Positions 13,890 to 26,296 of a stretch of 64,000 nt of DNA are shown here, piece by piece. The notes beneath the pieces are model-generated. The model made no database searches. It was not told where the DNA came from and was given only the letters and a program-made list of their open reading frames with translations. This DNA is from Azolla caroliniana (lineage: Eukaryota; Plantae; Polypodiophyta), in NCBI GenBank assembly GCA_043228905.1, contig JBHGNT010000011.1, positions 16,678,001-16,742,000 of the forward strand, written 5' to 3'. The position numbers and the translations under genes are program-made. Each line of letters starts with the position of its first letter. Position 1 is the stretch's first letter.

Positions 13890-14046
13890 ATGGATGTAGC
13901 TCAATTGGTAAGGTTGCCTAATGGTCATGGGTTCAACCCCTACATTCCGCAATGGCATCTAGTGAATTAAGAGATATGTATGAAGTAATAGAGAGGTGAG
14001 AAAATCAGGTTTCAAAACCAATACGTAGTGCTTGTAGTGTAATAAT
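13890..14046 (+). mobile_element. tRNA-derived element (SINE head or tRNA pseudogene lacking the anticodon arm)
   Basis: GGATG-TAGCTCAATTGGTA (A box)...GGTC-ATGGGTTCAACCCC (B box/T arm)-TACATTCCGCA at 13892-13951. Only ~8 nt lie between the D arm and the variable loop. Confidence 0.6.
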
Positions 14047-14171
14047 TGTTGGAGAATGTGGTCGTCAGTGCGGAAACAAGAACATCATGAGATGAAGAAA
14101 CACCAAGTCGATGATGAAGGAGTCGATTGAATGGATTAGAAACAATGACAACTTAGCAAAGATCAAGAGAC

Positions 14172-14217
<46 letters not shown>

Positions 14218-14660
14218 AAAGGCACACAAGAGTAACTATGTTATTCACTCAAAAACTTACAATGGCAACAACAACATCAACTAGGTTACAAAGTTCAGTT
14301 TAAATATAAACTAAACTAGGGCAATTGCCCTTTCCAATATTTACAAATATGGCCTTGACCTAGTTTGTCCAATGGGATACTGTGAATACGTCCCTTATGA
14401 ACCCATATTCGACACTACCCTGTAATTGGCATATACAATAAAAGTTTGTAAAAAGGAATGAACAAAAATCCAGATTTATACAAGGTTGTTGAACAAGTCG
14501 ACTTTTGATCGAATCGGCAATGTCCAAAAAACAAGAAGCCGGATTGGCTAAAGCCGAAGGGACTTAGGTCACATCGACTAGTCCGAAAGTGAGTCCCAAT
14601 CAAAGAGTCCGAAGCCAAGTTGGCTATGTTGATTGCCAAATCCCGAAATGTCAATGTCGA
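14047..14660 (-). mobile_element. LTR-like region of a Copia element
   Basis: Minus strand ends ...CCACATTCTCCAACA at 14047 and contains a TATA-like motif, a TGTAA...GAATAA block and a (CT)n tract. It lies immediately downstream of the RNase H ORF. The 5' boundary is uncertain. Confidence 0.55.
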
Positions 14661-14670
14661 ATGTCCGCAA

Positions 14671-15480
14671 TCATCCTAAATGTCTGACTGAATTGGACTG
14701 ATTTCTCTGAATGCCCATCTGGTGCCAAAGAGACCAAAAACGATATGTCGGAAGACACTTGGTCATCCCATTTGCGACATTATCAGTTGTAGATAACTTC
14801 TCGAGGCCAAATATCCCTAAAATGAGGCAGTCCCGAATGAAGTGATACCTCACGTCTATATGCTTCCAGGAGTTGTGTTGAATCGGATTTCTTGACAAAG
14901 TGACAACACCTTGACTATCGTTATAGACAAACGGAGTTGATTTGGAGTCGGCTTGTCGAAATGTGTGCGCCACTCGACTGAGCCATAAGGCCTCTTTCGT
15001 TGTGTCAGACGTGGCGACATATTCGGCCTCGGTTGTTGAAGTGGTCATGCACTCCTGCCACGAGATTGCTCCATTGCCGAATTTGAAGCAGTATTCGGTT
15101 GTCGACTTTCGGGTGTCCAAGCAGCTAGCAAAGTCTGAGTCAGTGTATCCAACTACGCCAAAAGTCTTGTTCGGGTCGAATAGGATGTCGTAGTCTTTTG
15201 TGCCCACCAGATATCTGAACACACTGCATTCCAATGAGATCGGGCGGGATTGTGCATAAATCTCCAGACAACTCCTATGGCTTCAGTTAAGTCTGGCCGT
15301 GGGGCGACCATCGCACTGATTTCATAATTTCCCCCTCCAGACCAGATGGTGGGCAATCCTTCTGAGCTAGACAAAGGCTAATTGGGGGTTGGGTCAAAGC
15401 AAAATTTGTCGATTGCATGTTGAAGTGTCCAATCTAGTCGGCTTGCGACAGAAGCAAATGTCGTCGATTCCAAAGTTGAG
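14671..15480 (-). mobile_element. Ty1/Copia RT-end and RNase H fragment (frameshifted)
   Basis: AMVAPRPDLTEAIGVVWRFMHNP; GYTDSDFASCLDTRKSTT; GAISW; STTEAEYVA; DSQG; KHIDVRYHFIRD; NVANGMTK. Confidence 0.92.
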
Positions 15481-16229
15481 CATAATCCATACCTCATTTA
15501 CATTTGAACAATCAGTTTTGAAATTGGTATCATTTTCATGTCCTTGCTTAATGAGGTAAAACTACAAAACGAGATTATATAGGGCTCGTGCCAAAATCGT
15601 GATCATATGTAAGCTTTAGGTGTTCTTGAGTAAAATCACTCAATGATTGTTATTGCAAGAAATATAGAGCACTTGCACTATCCTCTTTTTTAATGCGATA
15701 TTAGCATATACTATATAGTGAATTATTTTATATCCTTGTTTAATCATTCTTTGTGAGCTTTCCTTCCTCATCATTAAGGTTTTTCATAAATAATCTAAGC
15801 CCAAACAAAACAAAAGTGTTTCAGACATAAAGATAGAAAGAGGGTGCATTGAAATGATGTGTCCTATTTTAATGGTGTCCATGCACTACCACAACAGTTA
15901 TATGTATAGACTACAAGGAAAATATTTGACTATTCTCACAATGGTCACCTTGTCCTCAAAGGAGTTTATTTTATGTAAACCACTCTAACTACATCTTAGA
16001 GGGTTCATATTGTGATAGGACCCACACTATCATGGTAGGGATAATAAGGGTTTTTTGTATTTGTCATGTTGTTCTAACACACTGTGTGTGTGTGGTGCTT
16101 TAGTTTTATAAAATAAGGAGTGTGTGTTAAACAAGGGACATGTAGAATGCACATGACATAATATCAAGGGCTCTTCAAAGTTTTTCCATATCACCGATAC
16201 ACCTCAACCCATCGATAATGGTTGTGGAT

Positions 16230-16620
16230 TATTATTGATATTGATTCATGGGAAAATCAGAGCCATGGGCCAAGTTGGCTGGCAACTTACCCATTTGTTG
16301 AGATGGTTAAATGAACCGGGGATCAATTCAAAGAGGAAGCTGGGGGAAAATCATGATACAACTTCGTCCATATGTAGGGACCAACAGAAAGAGGGAATTC
16401 TCAATCTTAGAGACTATCAGCACCAACTATGACTACAATTTCATCATATAAAACCCTTGAGTTTTGGATTGGTCGCAACAAGTATGATGGGAATTGATTG
16501 CAATAAGTGCCTAATTACTGCTTTGCAACCAATCTACAACCGTAGAGATTGTATTCCAAAGGATTAAAATGGTCTGTAAACCCATGAAACAATTTAAAGC
16601 TATAGCCTATGAGATACACA
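16230..16620 (+). mobile_element. Degenerate LINE RT remnant
   Basis: KEGILNLRDY...TMTTISSYK resembles PKxGxxxxLxxYRPITL. Frameshifted. Confidence 0.35.
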
Positions 16621-17834
16621 TCTATGGAGTAAGTATTTCATGACCTTTTGAGACAATAACTTCTTTTAACTATGAGTAATTGAAGTACAAAAGGTGAGGC
16701 AAAAGGTTCACAACCAATGATATAGTATGCACATCATATTTTGGATGTTTTTTAGGGTTCATTGAAATTAAGTATTTTATAGGCTACCACTTACAAACCA
16801 AATTAGGATTGCATGGGTATCATGCTTTTGGACATCTCCAGTTCATTTACTTTGTGAATCTATCATAATTTACCTCTTTCAAATGATAGCTGCACCAAAT
16901 AATCCATTCACTCGAATGAACCTTTGATTTGTGATTTAAGCTCTCCACTGGATTCAAATATAGAAGGCATTATCACCTCATTTGTTTGTAGACTCATGCA
17001 TATTCCAATGATATAGGGTATACAAACTATCACAATTTGCTGCTATACTGTAACTCAGCGGGTCCGAACCTTCCTTGAACCGCCTCTCCTTTTCTGGTCA
17101 TGGACTAAGGATCCACAAGCCGATCTGCTAGTTTTTCCTCTTCAGATTATACATTACAAGAACTTGGAACTCAAAATATATATTCAACATTTACTAAAGA
17201 AATACTCAATGAAGGGGCTCAAAGCAAAAAATAAACAAAATGATGGGTCTGAAGGGCAAAGCCGACCAATGGTAGCCTGCCACTCATTTCTATATTTAAA
17301 ACCTTAATGCTACCCCTGGATTTGAACTTTATATCTGAAGGCAGATGCACAAATACAATAAAGGAAGCAAATAACGAATGTTCATGAAAGTTATTACTAT
17401 TCATGCACAGAAATCTATGCATGAATGTCATACATCTGAACTCTGTTTTTTGTGATTATAATCCCATGTATTACAAGAGTGTATATATATGTGTGTGATT
17501 TTCCATCATTTAGTTCATATTAGCATGTCATGTATTACAACACGAGTATATCTTTCCATAAAAGCAAGGGAAGGGCCCTTGGTTACACATAGTGAGGCCA
17601 CATAACCTTCCTTTTCTTCATTTACAGGGCCAGAGGAAGAGGATTGACTGACAGTTGAGATATCAAAATAGCGGAAATGTAAGACAGTTCAAACACGGCC
17701 TTCCACAAACCATCAAGATATATGCTAAAAGGTAAGGGTTCTAAGATCAACCCACATTGGCTTTTCCAAGGATATATTGTGATTTGGAGATCATAGTAAC
17801 ATAGGGAAATGATACGCTATATAAACAAACATCG

Positions 17835-20518
17835 TCATGTTTGATCTGGAGATACCCTAGCTGGGCCTGGATATGGTGCACCCAAATCCTTCATGGACTC
17901 TGGTCGTAGCTTTGATAGCGGTTTTGAACTATCTTTGCCAGAAATTGATGATGAAACTGTAGGCCACTTCATTCTAGAAGCCTTCGCCACTGTGTTAGAA
18001 GATGCAACTGCTTTTCGGTTAAATGTTTTTGCAAGTTTGTTTCTGAGAGATTCCATGGTACCTCTCACACCACCATCAAGCTTAAGCAAGAATGCCTTTG
18101 AAGCTACGTTTTCAGTTCGGGCACATAGAGGACAGGGAGGATCGCGCTTACTTACATCCAGTGTAGACCTTTCAAGGCAATCTCCATGAAAGACATGACC
18201 ACATACAAGAACTGCTACAGTTGGTGGCAAGTCATAACTCCAAGGAGACCTATGTGTCAAACAGCGTGAACAAAGATCACACTTTTGAATGATGTTATCA
18301 TTATCCCAGGTATCATTATCAGTAGTCTGAAAGTTGCATATCCTTATTCTTTCAATGGGCAATGTCATGTGTTCATCATCCAAGCCATCTATGTCTGTAT
18401 TCCAACTGAATTGTGATGAACCATTCACATCAGACCATACAAAATCTTCTCTTTTTGACGCCTCCACAATCTGAGAGATGGTCATTACTTGATTGGCACG
18501 ATGACCTATTCCAGATGCCTCTCCAGTTTCCAAGCTCTTCATGGTTCTAAGACATGTCCGACTATCTGAACTTTGCCTTCGGAAAAGACGCTTAGGCCCA
18601 AGTTTTGATAAGTATCGGCTACCACTCAGGTTACGATGAAGAGATGAAGTTGGATGCTTTGTTTTCTCTGACATTGCCTCCCTCAGAAGTCTAAAAGAGC
18701 TAGATGTAGGACTATTGTTGTGAAGTCTGGTGAGCAAGCATGACTGCATTTACATCAATTACATGGGATGATTCTAAGAGGAATATATATGTCAAATAGA
18801 TTTCTTAGTGTGAGAAAAAAAAACTCAATACAATACCTCTCCATCCAGAGTTGATGATTGCTTTATCAAATTTTCTGCAGACAAAACAGGTAGACAGTTT
18901 ATACACTCATGCAATAACTAGAAACAGGGAGAAAACAGGAAACGAACTTTAAAGTGAACTCTCCCTCCAAACAAATTAAACTTTTCACAAGGGGATGTTG
19001 GGTTTGTTTCACACCACTACATTTGCACATTCCTAACTCCATCGTTTTACTTATATGCAAAGTTCTATAGTCAAGTACACTGGAGCATAAAGAATCAATT
19101 AAGGACAGTCAACTTGGTAGAAATAACAGTGTTCTTTGGCTGTGTTAATTTCCATAAAGCTCTGCATGGATCAGCCAACACTGCTTAATAATAATAATAA
19201 ACATGTTCCCTTATCCTAACGAAAAACGCATTCATTCTATCACTGGGATTATGTTCCTCAACCTTTTTATCCATATACATTTGATGGTGGAAATGCATTA
19301 ATGCAGTGAGATCAGTTTTCTGCTTCAATGTATTATAAAGCGAGACCAAGATTATAACAACGCCATTGCAGAGAAGCCTCTACCATAACATGATAGAAAA
19401 TGCCAAACTTTTATAGAGATGCTGATACCAATACTATCAGTCAGCAACATAGAATATGCCACAAATTTAAATAAATACAGCAAAATGGAATGCCAGGAAA
19501 TTTTTCAGATGCTACCATCGAGATTCAAGACTATGATAAGGCAGATAGAAAACGCCACGACACAAAAAATACTGCCATAGTCCAAAATAGAGTGGCATGA
19601 AATTATTCAGAAAGTTGCATCAAGATTCAAGACTAGCATAAGGAAGCATAGAAAATGCTAGCATTAAGAATATTATATGGCGACATTAAATTTGCAAGGT
19701 GCAGTCATGGATTAGAAAATATAGAAACTCCTATTAATTTATACAAATGTAAACGTCAATATCAACATCAGCTAATACTATAAATGCAACAAGACATTAC
19801 TCAAATGACACGATCAAGAATCCATACTATCATGAAGAAAAATAGAAAATGCCACAATATTATACATAAATCGCTAACATAGAATGCGATGAGATTATTC
19901 AGACCTTGTCACCAAGATTGATGATTATCATAATGCAATATAGAAAATGTCACAGTGTGCAAAATGCAAATGTTAACAATACATTAATTCACATATTTCT
20001 AGTTCCAACAAATCAAGACCAGTGGTACTAAATCATACAAATAAGAGTTTAATTTTCATAAGATTGATGGAGCATACAGGAATGCCCCTGACATCACTGT
20101 TATAAAAAATAAACTGACAATTAAAGGTGCATCTGTAGTACATTCAAACAAATATGCAAAATCAGAAGAAGACATAACTCATAGAGAACGCATTACCTTG
20201 AAATGAGATCCTAGGAGAGCTCTGGATCTGATGAGAGGGACGAAACCTCGGGCCATGCATTTCTTCATTAGCCACACTCGTTTGAGTCCCAGAGAAAGAT
20301 GAAGAACAAGAAAAAGACCTCCTTTGTTGCTGCCGTTCTTCATCTTCATCTTCTTCCTCTTCTTTGTTGCTGTTGTCCCAGCTCGCGATAGCAGAGAGAG
20401 GAGGGGGGGAGAAGCCTCCATTAAACCTCCAGTAAGGCTCCGCAGGAGCCACAGACCAGCCATCGCTGTTTCTTGCAGAGCTTCGTGGCCTGGAGGCCAC
20501 ACAGCAAACTGACCCCGT
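17835..20518 (-). CDS. RING-H2-type E3 ubiquitin ligase with an N-terminal GSVCCVA lipidation motif; probable ACG start
   Basis: Exons 20518-20197 (ACG-GGG-TCA-GTT-TGC-TGT-GTG-GCC = [M]GSVCCVASRP...EPYWRFNGGFSPPP), 18874-18837 and 18743-17835. The RING is CDLCSRCL...SPWS...VAVLVCGHVFHGDCLE...DPPCPLC. Phases 1 and 0 join in frame. Confidence 0.88.
19340..19990. repeat. Old degenerate tandem repeat (~100-bp scale) in RING intron 1
   Basis: The motif CAAGATT(CA)AGACTA....ATAGAAAATGCCAC recurs near 19347, 19519, 19621, 19815 and 19913. Confidence 0.6.
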
Positions 20519-20703
20519 CTTGGCTGCCGAAGGAAGGAAAGGGAAACTCTTTGTGTGGAAGCTTCGTCCAGGGAGAGGAGGAAGAAGAAGAAGAAGAAGA
20601 AGAAGAAGAAGAAACCCTAGCCCGAATCTTAACCCTAACGTTGTCTGCTGCTGGACTGCTTCGATCTAGGGTTTAACGAGGGGGAGGTGGAACACAGTCT
20701 TAA

Positions 20704-20738
<35 letters not shown>

Positions 20739-22559
20739 GATTGAGAGGTTCATTCTTCGTTCTTCGTTCTTCGTTCATTCATTCCGTCGTCATTCGTGTT
20801 ATGTCTTATTATTCCATTTCTCATTTTTGTGGGCAGGAGTAGTTTGTAGTAGAAGTAGACCTCTTGTTTATCACAATTACATATGTGACCCCCCCAACAC
20901 ATCTCTCTAGTTTCCTGAAATTACAAAACTGACCTCCATGACCCACATATCTCTGGTCCCATAAACCTTTGCACCTCTAAGGCTCTACACCTATACCATC
21001 TCCGAGCCAAGACTGCTTGTTCTTCTAATCAAGAGTCCCTATTCGTGTGCAAGTATTTGCCCCTACTTTGACATCTGTTCCTTTTGAAATCTCGCTACTT
21101 AAAAAAAGCCCAACTCTCCGTTCGCATTCTCAACGCCTATGTGCTAGCTAGAAAGTTCTACGGCTTTATTTTTTCTATTTGTTTTTTATCCATTTAGGAA
21201 GGGAACTCTAGGATTGCATGCAAGGGACGTAACAGTTTGTCAAGATGGTTCCTATGTCCTCAAAGGAGATGAACCATGTCATTCCTATTTAGTTGAAGCA
21301 GCTACCTATGCACCCTAAATTCTCAAGCTTCACGTTGGTTGTAAAGAAAGATAACTTTGGTAAGGCATATCTAAGTAAATATATCTTTAATCGTATATGA
21401 AGACATTCCATTATGACATAAGTTTGATGCATTTGTGAAGAAAGTTTCAGGGAAAGTTGGATGCCAACACTGAGAGATCCATCTTTGTTTAAAACGTTTT
21501 TCCATTAGGGAAACTAGAGTTTTTATCTATTTTACCGCAATTGTTATTTTTGTGTTGTGCATGTGAGCCCATTGGAGGGTAGTCTCTAAAGGGTACAATG
21601 TATCCCTCTCTTAACCTTTCTTCAAAAATGACATTTGAATGTGTCTTATAAATAAACCCTAGAAAGAGACTTCTTAAACATTCCATAAATTTCAGCCTAA
21701 CAAGGAGACCATCTCTTATTGATGTCCTTTCTTCAACAATGACCCTTATTTCAAGTGTCATAACTTTTGATCATGTGATGTTGAGTATAATGGATGGACT
21801 AAAAGTTTCTCTTTTTCTTTATGACTTTGATCTTTGGTAGGATGTTGTATCCTAACATACTAATGTCTATTTTCATATTGTCATATTTAGGGGTTATAAT
21901 GGTTGAGGTTCTCGGAAAACCAAGTTGCTTAACATCTTTCGTATTTTTCGAGTCTGGTTCCGCTCCTACTTCTAGGTTCAATCATCCTTTGTATATTTTA
22001 TGGTGTCCTTCGAATGCCTCGATGATTATTGATGTCTTTTTTGGTGCCACCATCAATCAATAGGCTAGGTTTGAATTCGATTATAATAATCCAACGCACT
22101 TCCCCTTTCAACATTTTGTCTTTGTAGACTTGATCAATCTATTGTACTTACCCTTTCCAACACTACATTTAGCTCAAGAGTTAACTTTACTATGATATAT
22201 TTAGGGTTTATATTTACATATATAATCAATCATGGGGTCCCTTGGCATGTGAGATGTCATCAATCCTATCATGACTAGAGGGTTGATTGCCTTTCCAAGC
22301 CTTCTCTTGTCTTTTGTGCCTTATCTTCTCCCTTGGCCTCTCATTCATGACATGGGCTCTCAATTGATGCTGGTTTCTCCTCTCTTTTGTGACTTGAACA
22401 CTCTTTCATAGCTTGGACTCTTATTCATGAACTAGCCTCTCTTTAGTGACTTCCTCACTAATGGAGTCCTAACCACAACAATTGTTGTCTTTATTTATGG
22501 GCACTATCAATGAATCAATTATAATTCATGTAAGAAATGTGAAGTTCCTCGAATCTTTG

Positions 22560-23700
22560 GGACATGAGGTTCCTTCTTGTACTTGGCAGATAGTCTTTGT
22601 GATTAGAGAAAACAAAATATGATTAGCAAAAAATTGATCAAAAATCCTCTTTCCTTTCAATTAATCCAATTACTTGCTTTGAGAGATTAACAAAAATCTT
22701 ACCAAAAGCTTAGAGAGACAACCAAATCCATGGTAGCAACATCAAATAACGTGTCAGCTTGCCAATCAAGTCACTTGCTTTGAGAGAGAGTAGGAAACAA
22801 AATACTAAGGGTGGCAGTCAAAAGCTTTAAGCACTATTACAACAGTTACAATTGTATAATGCACGAATTACCCTCCAATCCCTAGAATATCTCCTTTCAT
22901 ACTTTGGTTGGAGAGTTCACATCTGTATTAAGTTACAACAATCTCCCACCAAAGCCGAAACAATCAGGGGGGAAGAAAACTATATTTGATTGGTAATACA
23001 CATACAATGTTAAGTAGATCCACCTCTCACCTGATAAGTATGGTATGTTACATAATTGGATATGTGCATCGAATCCATATCAGTTGTGAAAGTGGGTTGA
23101 GGATAGAGCCTTTATGAGAGCATCAATGGTGTTATTGTCTTGTATGCACATTCAACAATGTGATCTGGTGTTTTTCCGCTCAATCACAAATGAAGTATGC
23201 ACTTCTATATTTTTTGTCTTCACATCAAAGACCATGTTTTTTGTTAACATGACTGCACTCTAGTTGTCATTGGGGACATTATACTTAGAAATGTTGCTCC
23301 ATATCCAAGCACAAGAGGCAAAATGCTTCCTTGGGCATTTCGCCTACTATATTGCTTCCATTGTTGAAATGCTTGTGCATTCTGAATCCTTGCTTTCCAT
23401 GATACCACTCCAACTGCTATTGAAAGATCCAAACTAATGTAGGCTTCATTCCATGTGAACCAAATCTAAATATCCAACCACTGTGGCTTCATTTGTTCTA
23501 AGGCATATACCATTCCACCTGCAAATTGAACGATGTAACCAAGTGTAGATTTCCAACTATCTGCAGGTAAAGTGCCATCGAATCTGAAAATCCAACAATT
23601 GTAGCTTCACCTGCTCCAAGGCCTAGGCCTGGGTCTCTTGTTCCGATAAGGTAATTCTACTTATTGGAAATAAGACAACACTCCCACATCTTGTCCATCG
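22560..23700 (-). mobile_element. Degenerate Ty1/Copia 3' end (RNase H, PPT, LTR start)
   Basis: Minus-strand remnants of DSWKSTLGY, VVSWK and NTIDALIK, followed by the PPT GGTGGGAGAT (22950-22941) and then TGTTGTAAC at 22940. Confidence 0.7.
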
Positions 23701-24029
23701 TACACCAAGACCGCACAACAACAATTTAGGAAGAATGGTAAAAATAAGCAAGATGAAAAAGAGTACTCAACACTTAATAACACAGAGATCATGATTGTAC
23801 TATCCACAAATAGATACATATTCATTGTAGAAAACTTATCCTTTAGAATGACTAACAACCCTCTTCAAGCTCCAAGTTTCAAATATAGGGTTCACATAAG
23901 GCCATAGTTGACCTTTCCCTCTAGTGTATCCTATGTATAACAATCCCATCAAAGACTAACACACAACTGGGAGTTTACAAATTTCAGTTACATACGTATA
24001 TGTAGGCAACTACCTCTACACACTACATA

Positions 24030-24350
24030 GGTGTCCACCATCTACACCCACCTAGAGTGTGCATCTACATTCAGATGTAAGAACCCCATCTCTCATGTGA
24101 TGAGCATGTACAACAGTCAACAATGTATTTCAATGGGTGAGTCTGTCTATCAACAATCTGTGTTCAATGGGTGTGTCCTTAATCAATAACCTGTGTTCAA
24201 TGGGCATGTTCTCAATCAACAATCTGAATTCAACCCACAAAGTGTATTGGCACCATCTACACCTGGCTATTGTAGGTATCTACATTCTCGTAATGTAAGA
24301 ACCCTGTCTCCTATGCAATGGATATGAATCACAGACCACCATCTATGTTC
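24030..24350. repeat. Local degenerate duplications (CACCATCTACACC...GTAAGAACCC x2; ~33-bp TCAATGGG...ATCAACAATCTG x3)
   Basis: Copies start at ~24036 and ~24251. The short units lie at ~24130-24230. Confidence 0.55.
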
Positions 24351-24689
24351 ACCCATTAGGAGTAATCCTGTGTCAACTTGTGATGTGCAGTCTGCTTTAA
24401 CGACTTCTGCACACCAAGTCATCAGTTAGAGGACGAATTTATTAAGTATAGTGTGAGAAGGCCTAAAGATATTGTAATGAATATAAAAGTAACTTTGTAA
24501 GCCTTTTCACGATTCTGTTTTCCTCTCATCATATGTAAGCTTCTTCGTCATCTTATATATCATAAGTGAGATGACAAGGAGAAAAGCAGATATTAATTAC
24601 ATACCACATCTTGTTTCATAAGATGTTAACACATTTTACATCTTTCTCTTAAATCTAAATTGTATGTTAAGCTTGAATCGCTGCATGGA

Positions 24690-25830
24690 CTTGCTTTTAG
24701 AGATTCTTAGGCCCTCTGCCAGGATCCTTCCTTCTGCAAGATGCTAAATTGAAGTTGAAATTTCTCAAGTTTTCATCCTCGCTCAACATGCAAACAATCA
24801 TACAAGAAACCAAACCATGAAAAATCTATTTGAGTCATTAACAATAATTGAATCATAACCAATTTATCTTGTCTCAAAGACCTTCATGTAGTCAGACTCA
24901 TAACCTTCTAAAATATACTACCTGTGTTCATTGGCATTAAGAGATTATTCTCATATATAACCAGCAAATCTCTTCTCACTGTGGGAAATATCATGTCCTT
25001 CATCCAATGCTGCCTAAATCAGTTGTGAACAACACAAACTTGACCATTATACATTATGGCATAGCTAAACATTTCACACTGTTTTAAATTTCTTAAATAG
25101 ATATATACTGACTCGGTTTTCAGAGGTCGTTCAAATATCGAATAGCTACAAATAATCAATATACACAGGTAGTTCTGATCAAACCACCACCAAAAAGAGC
25201 CCTCAGAGGGCTATACTCCTATCCAGCTTCAGCATTAGAATCTTCTCAATGTCCTTGGGTTGGGCTAGCAATATGAAACAACTAGAATTGATTCCTGTGT
25301 ACCTCGTCATTTCCAACATATTTCCTGATCAAGCACAGACTTCCTCAATATTCTGCATACAAACAAATGCCCAGTGCAATATGCTGAAAAGTAGCAACAA
25401 AACACGGAAACAAATTAACATTTTGCAAACATTTTATGGACAACTAGGTTTATGTATTTTAGTCGGGCATCACAGTAAGGACTCATGAAAGTTTACTATG
25501 TTCCATAAGCAGCTTAAGAATTCACGAACTGCAAAAATGTACATCTTTACCAGTTCCAAAACAACATTCATATGCAATCTTAAGACTCTACAGAATGGAA
25601 AAGTAAACAGATTTCAACCACATGCTTATATATAGATGTATGTGTATGAATATGTATACATACATGTATGCATGGAAGCTTGAATTAGGATCTACTGAGT
25701 TAGAGAATGATCTGAGTTAGAGAATTATCCATTGAAACAAAAAAATCTAGCACTTACCCTTTTCTCCCTTGTATTTCACTTGATACTGCTTGGCATAAGA
25801 TTTGGTCTTCTTTGCCTCGGCAAAGACCAG
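24690..25830 (-). pseudogene. RPL5: Unprocessed 60S ribosomal protein L5 (uL18) pseudogene
   Basis: Exon remnants: VFAEAKKTKSYAKQYQVKYK (25827-25758); AYCTGHLFVCRILRK...GGGLIRTT (from 25383); AALDEGHDISHSEKRFAGYI*E*SLNANEHR*YILEGYESDYMK (25013-~24882); MLSEDE (~24790). Intron positions are retained, with stops, frameshifts and one internal exon missing. Confidence 0.88.
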
Positions 25831-26052
25831 CAAAAGCGATGCCGAATAAGAATAAATGAGAACATCATAGCACGAAAAGTCCTCGACAACCTTATCAAAT
25901 CTTTGATCTAGCAAGCAGGAGAGCAACGTTTTAAGGAAAAAATGAACGAATAAAGGGGAAGAATCAGAATGCATATCAAAACTGAAAGGAAGAAGAAAAA
26001 AACCGAAGAACAGATTAAGAACAGGGGCGCCTCCATTTCATATATGATAATG

Positions 26053-26153
26053 CATGTATGTATGTATGTACGTATGTATGTATGTATGTATGTATGTACG
26101 TACGTTTGTATGTAGGTATGTATGTATGTATGTATGTAATTTAGGTGTGTGTT

Positions 26154-26191
<38 letters not shown>

Positions 26192-26296
26192 TATATGTTG
26201 TGTATGTATGTACGTTGATGCATGTATATATGTACATATGTTTGTTTGTTGATCCATGCATGCATGTGTATGTATGTATGTATGTGTGTATGTGTG
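26053..26296. repeat. Compound (TATG)n/(TG)n microsatellite
   Basis: Visible directly in the sequence. Confidence 0.9.

Noticed and set aside
13892-13951. Functional tRNA gene
   Set aside because: There is no anticodon stem-loop, it is too short (~60 nt), and the stems are imperfect.
20516-20518. C-to-U RNA editing creating AUG from ACG
   Set aside because: Such editing is established for plant organellar transcripts. This is a spliceosomal-intron nuclear gene, so near-cognate initiation is the simpler explanation.
21000-22550. Possible old LINE remnant upstream of the RING gene
   Set aside because: No diagnostic motif could be identified with confidence.
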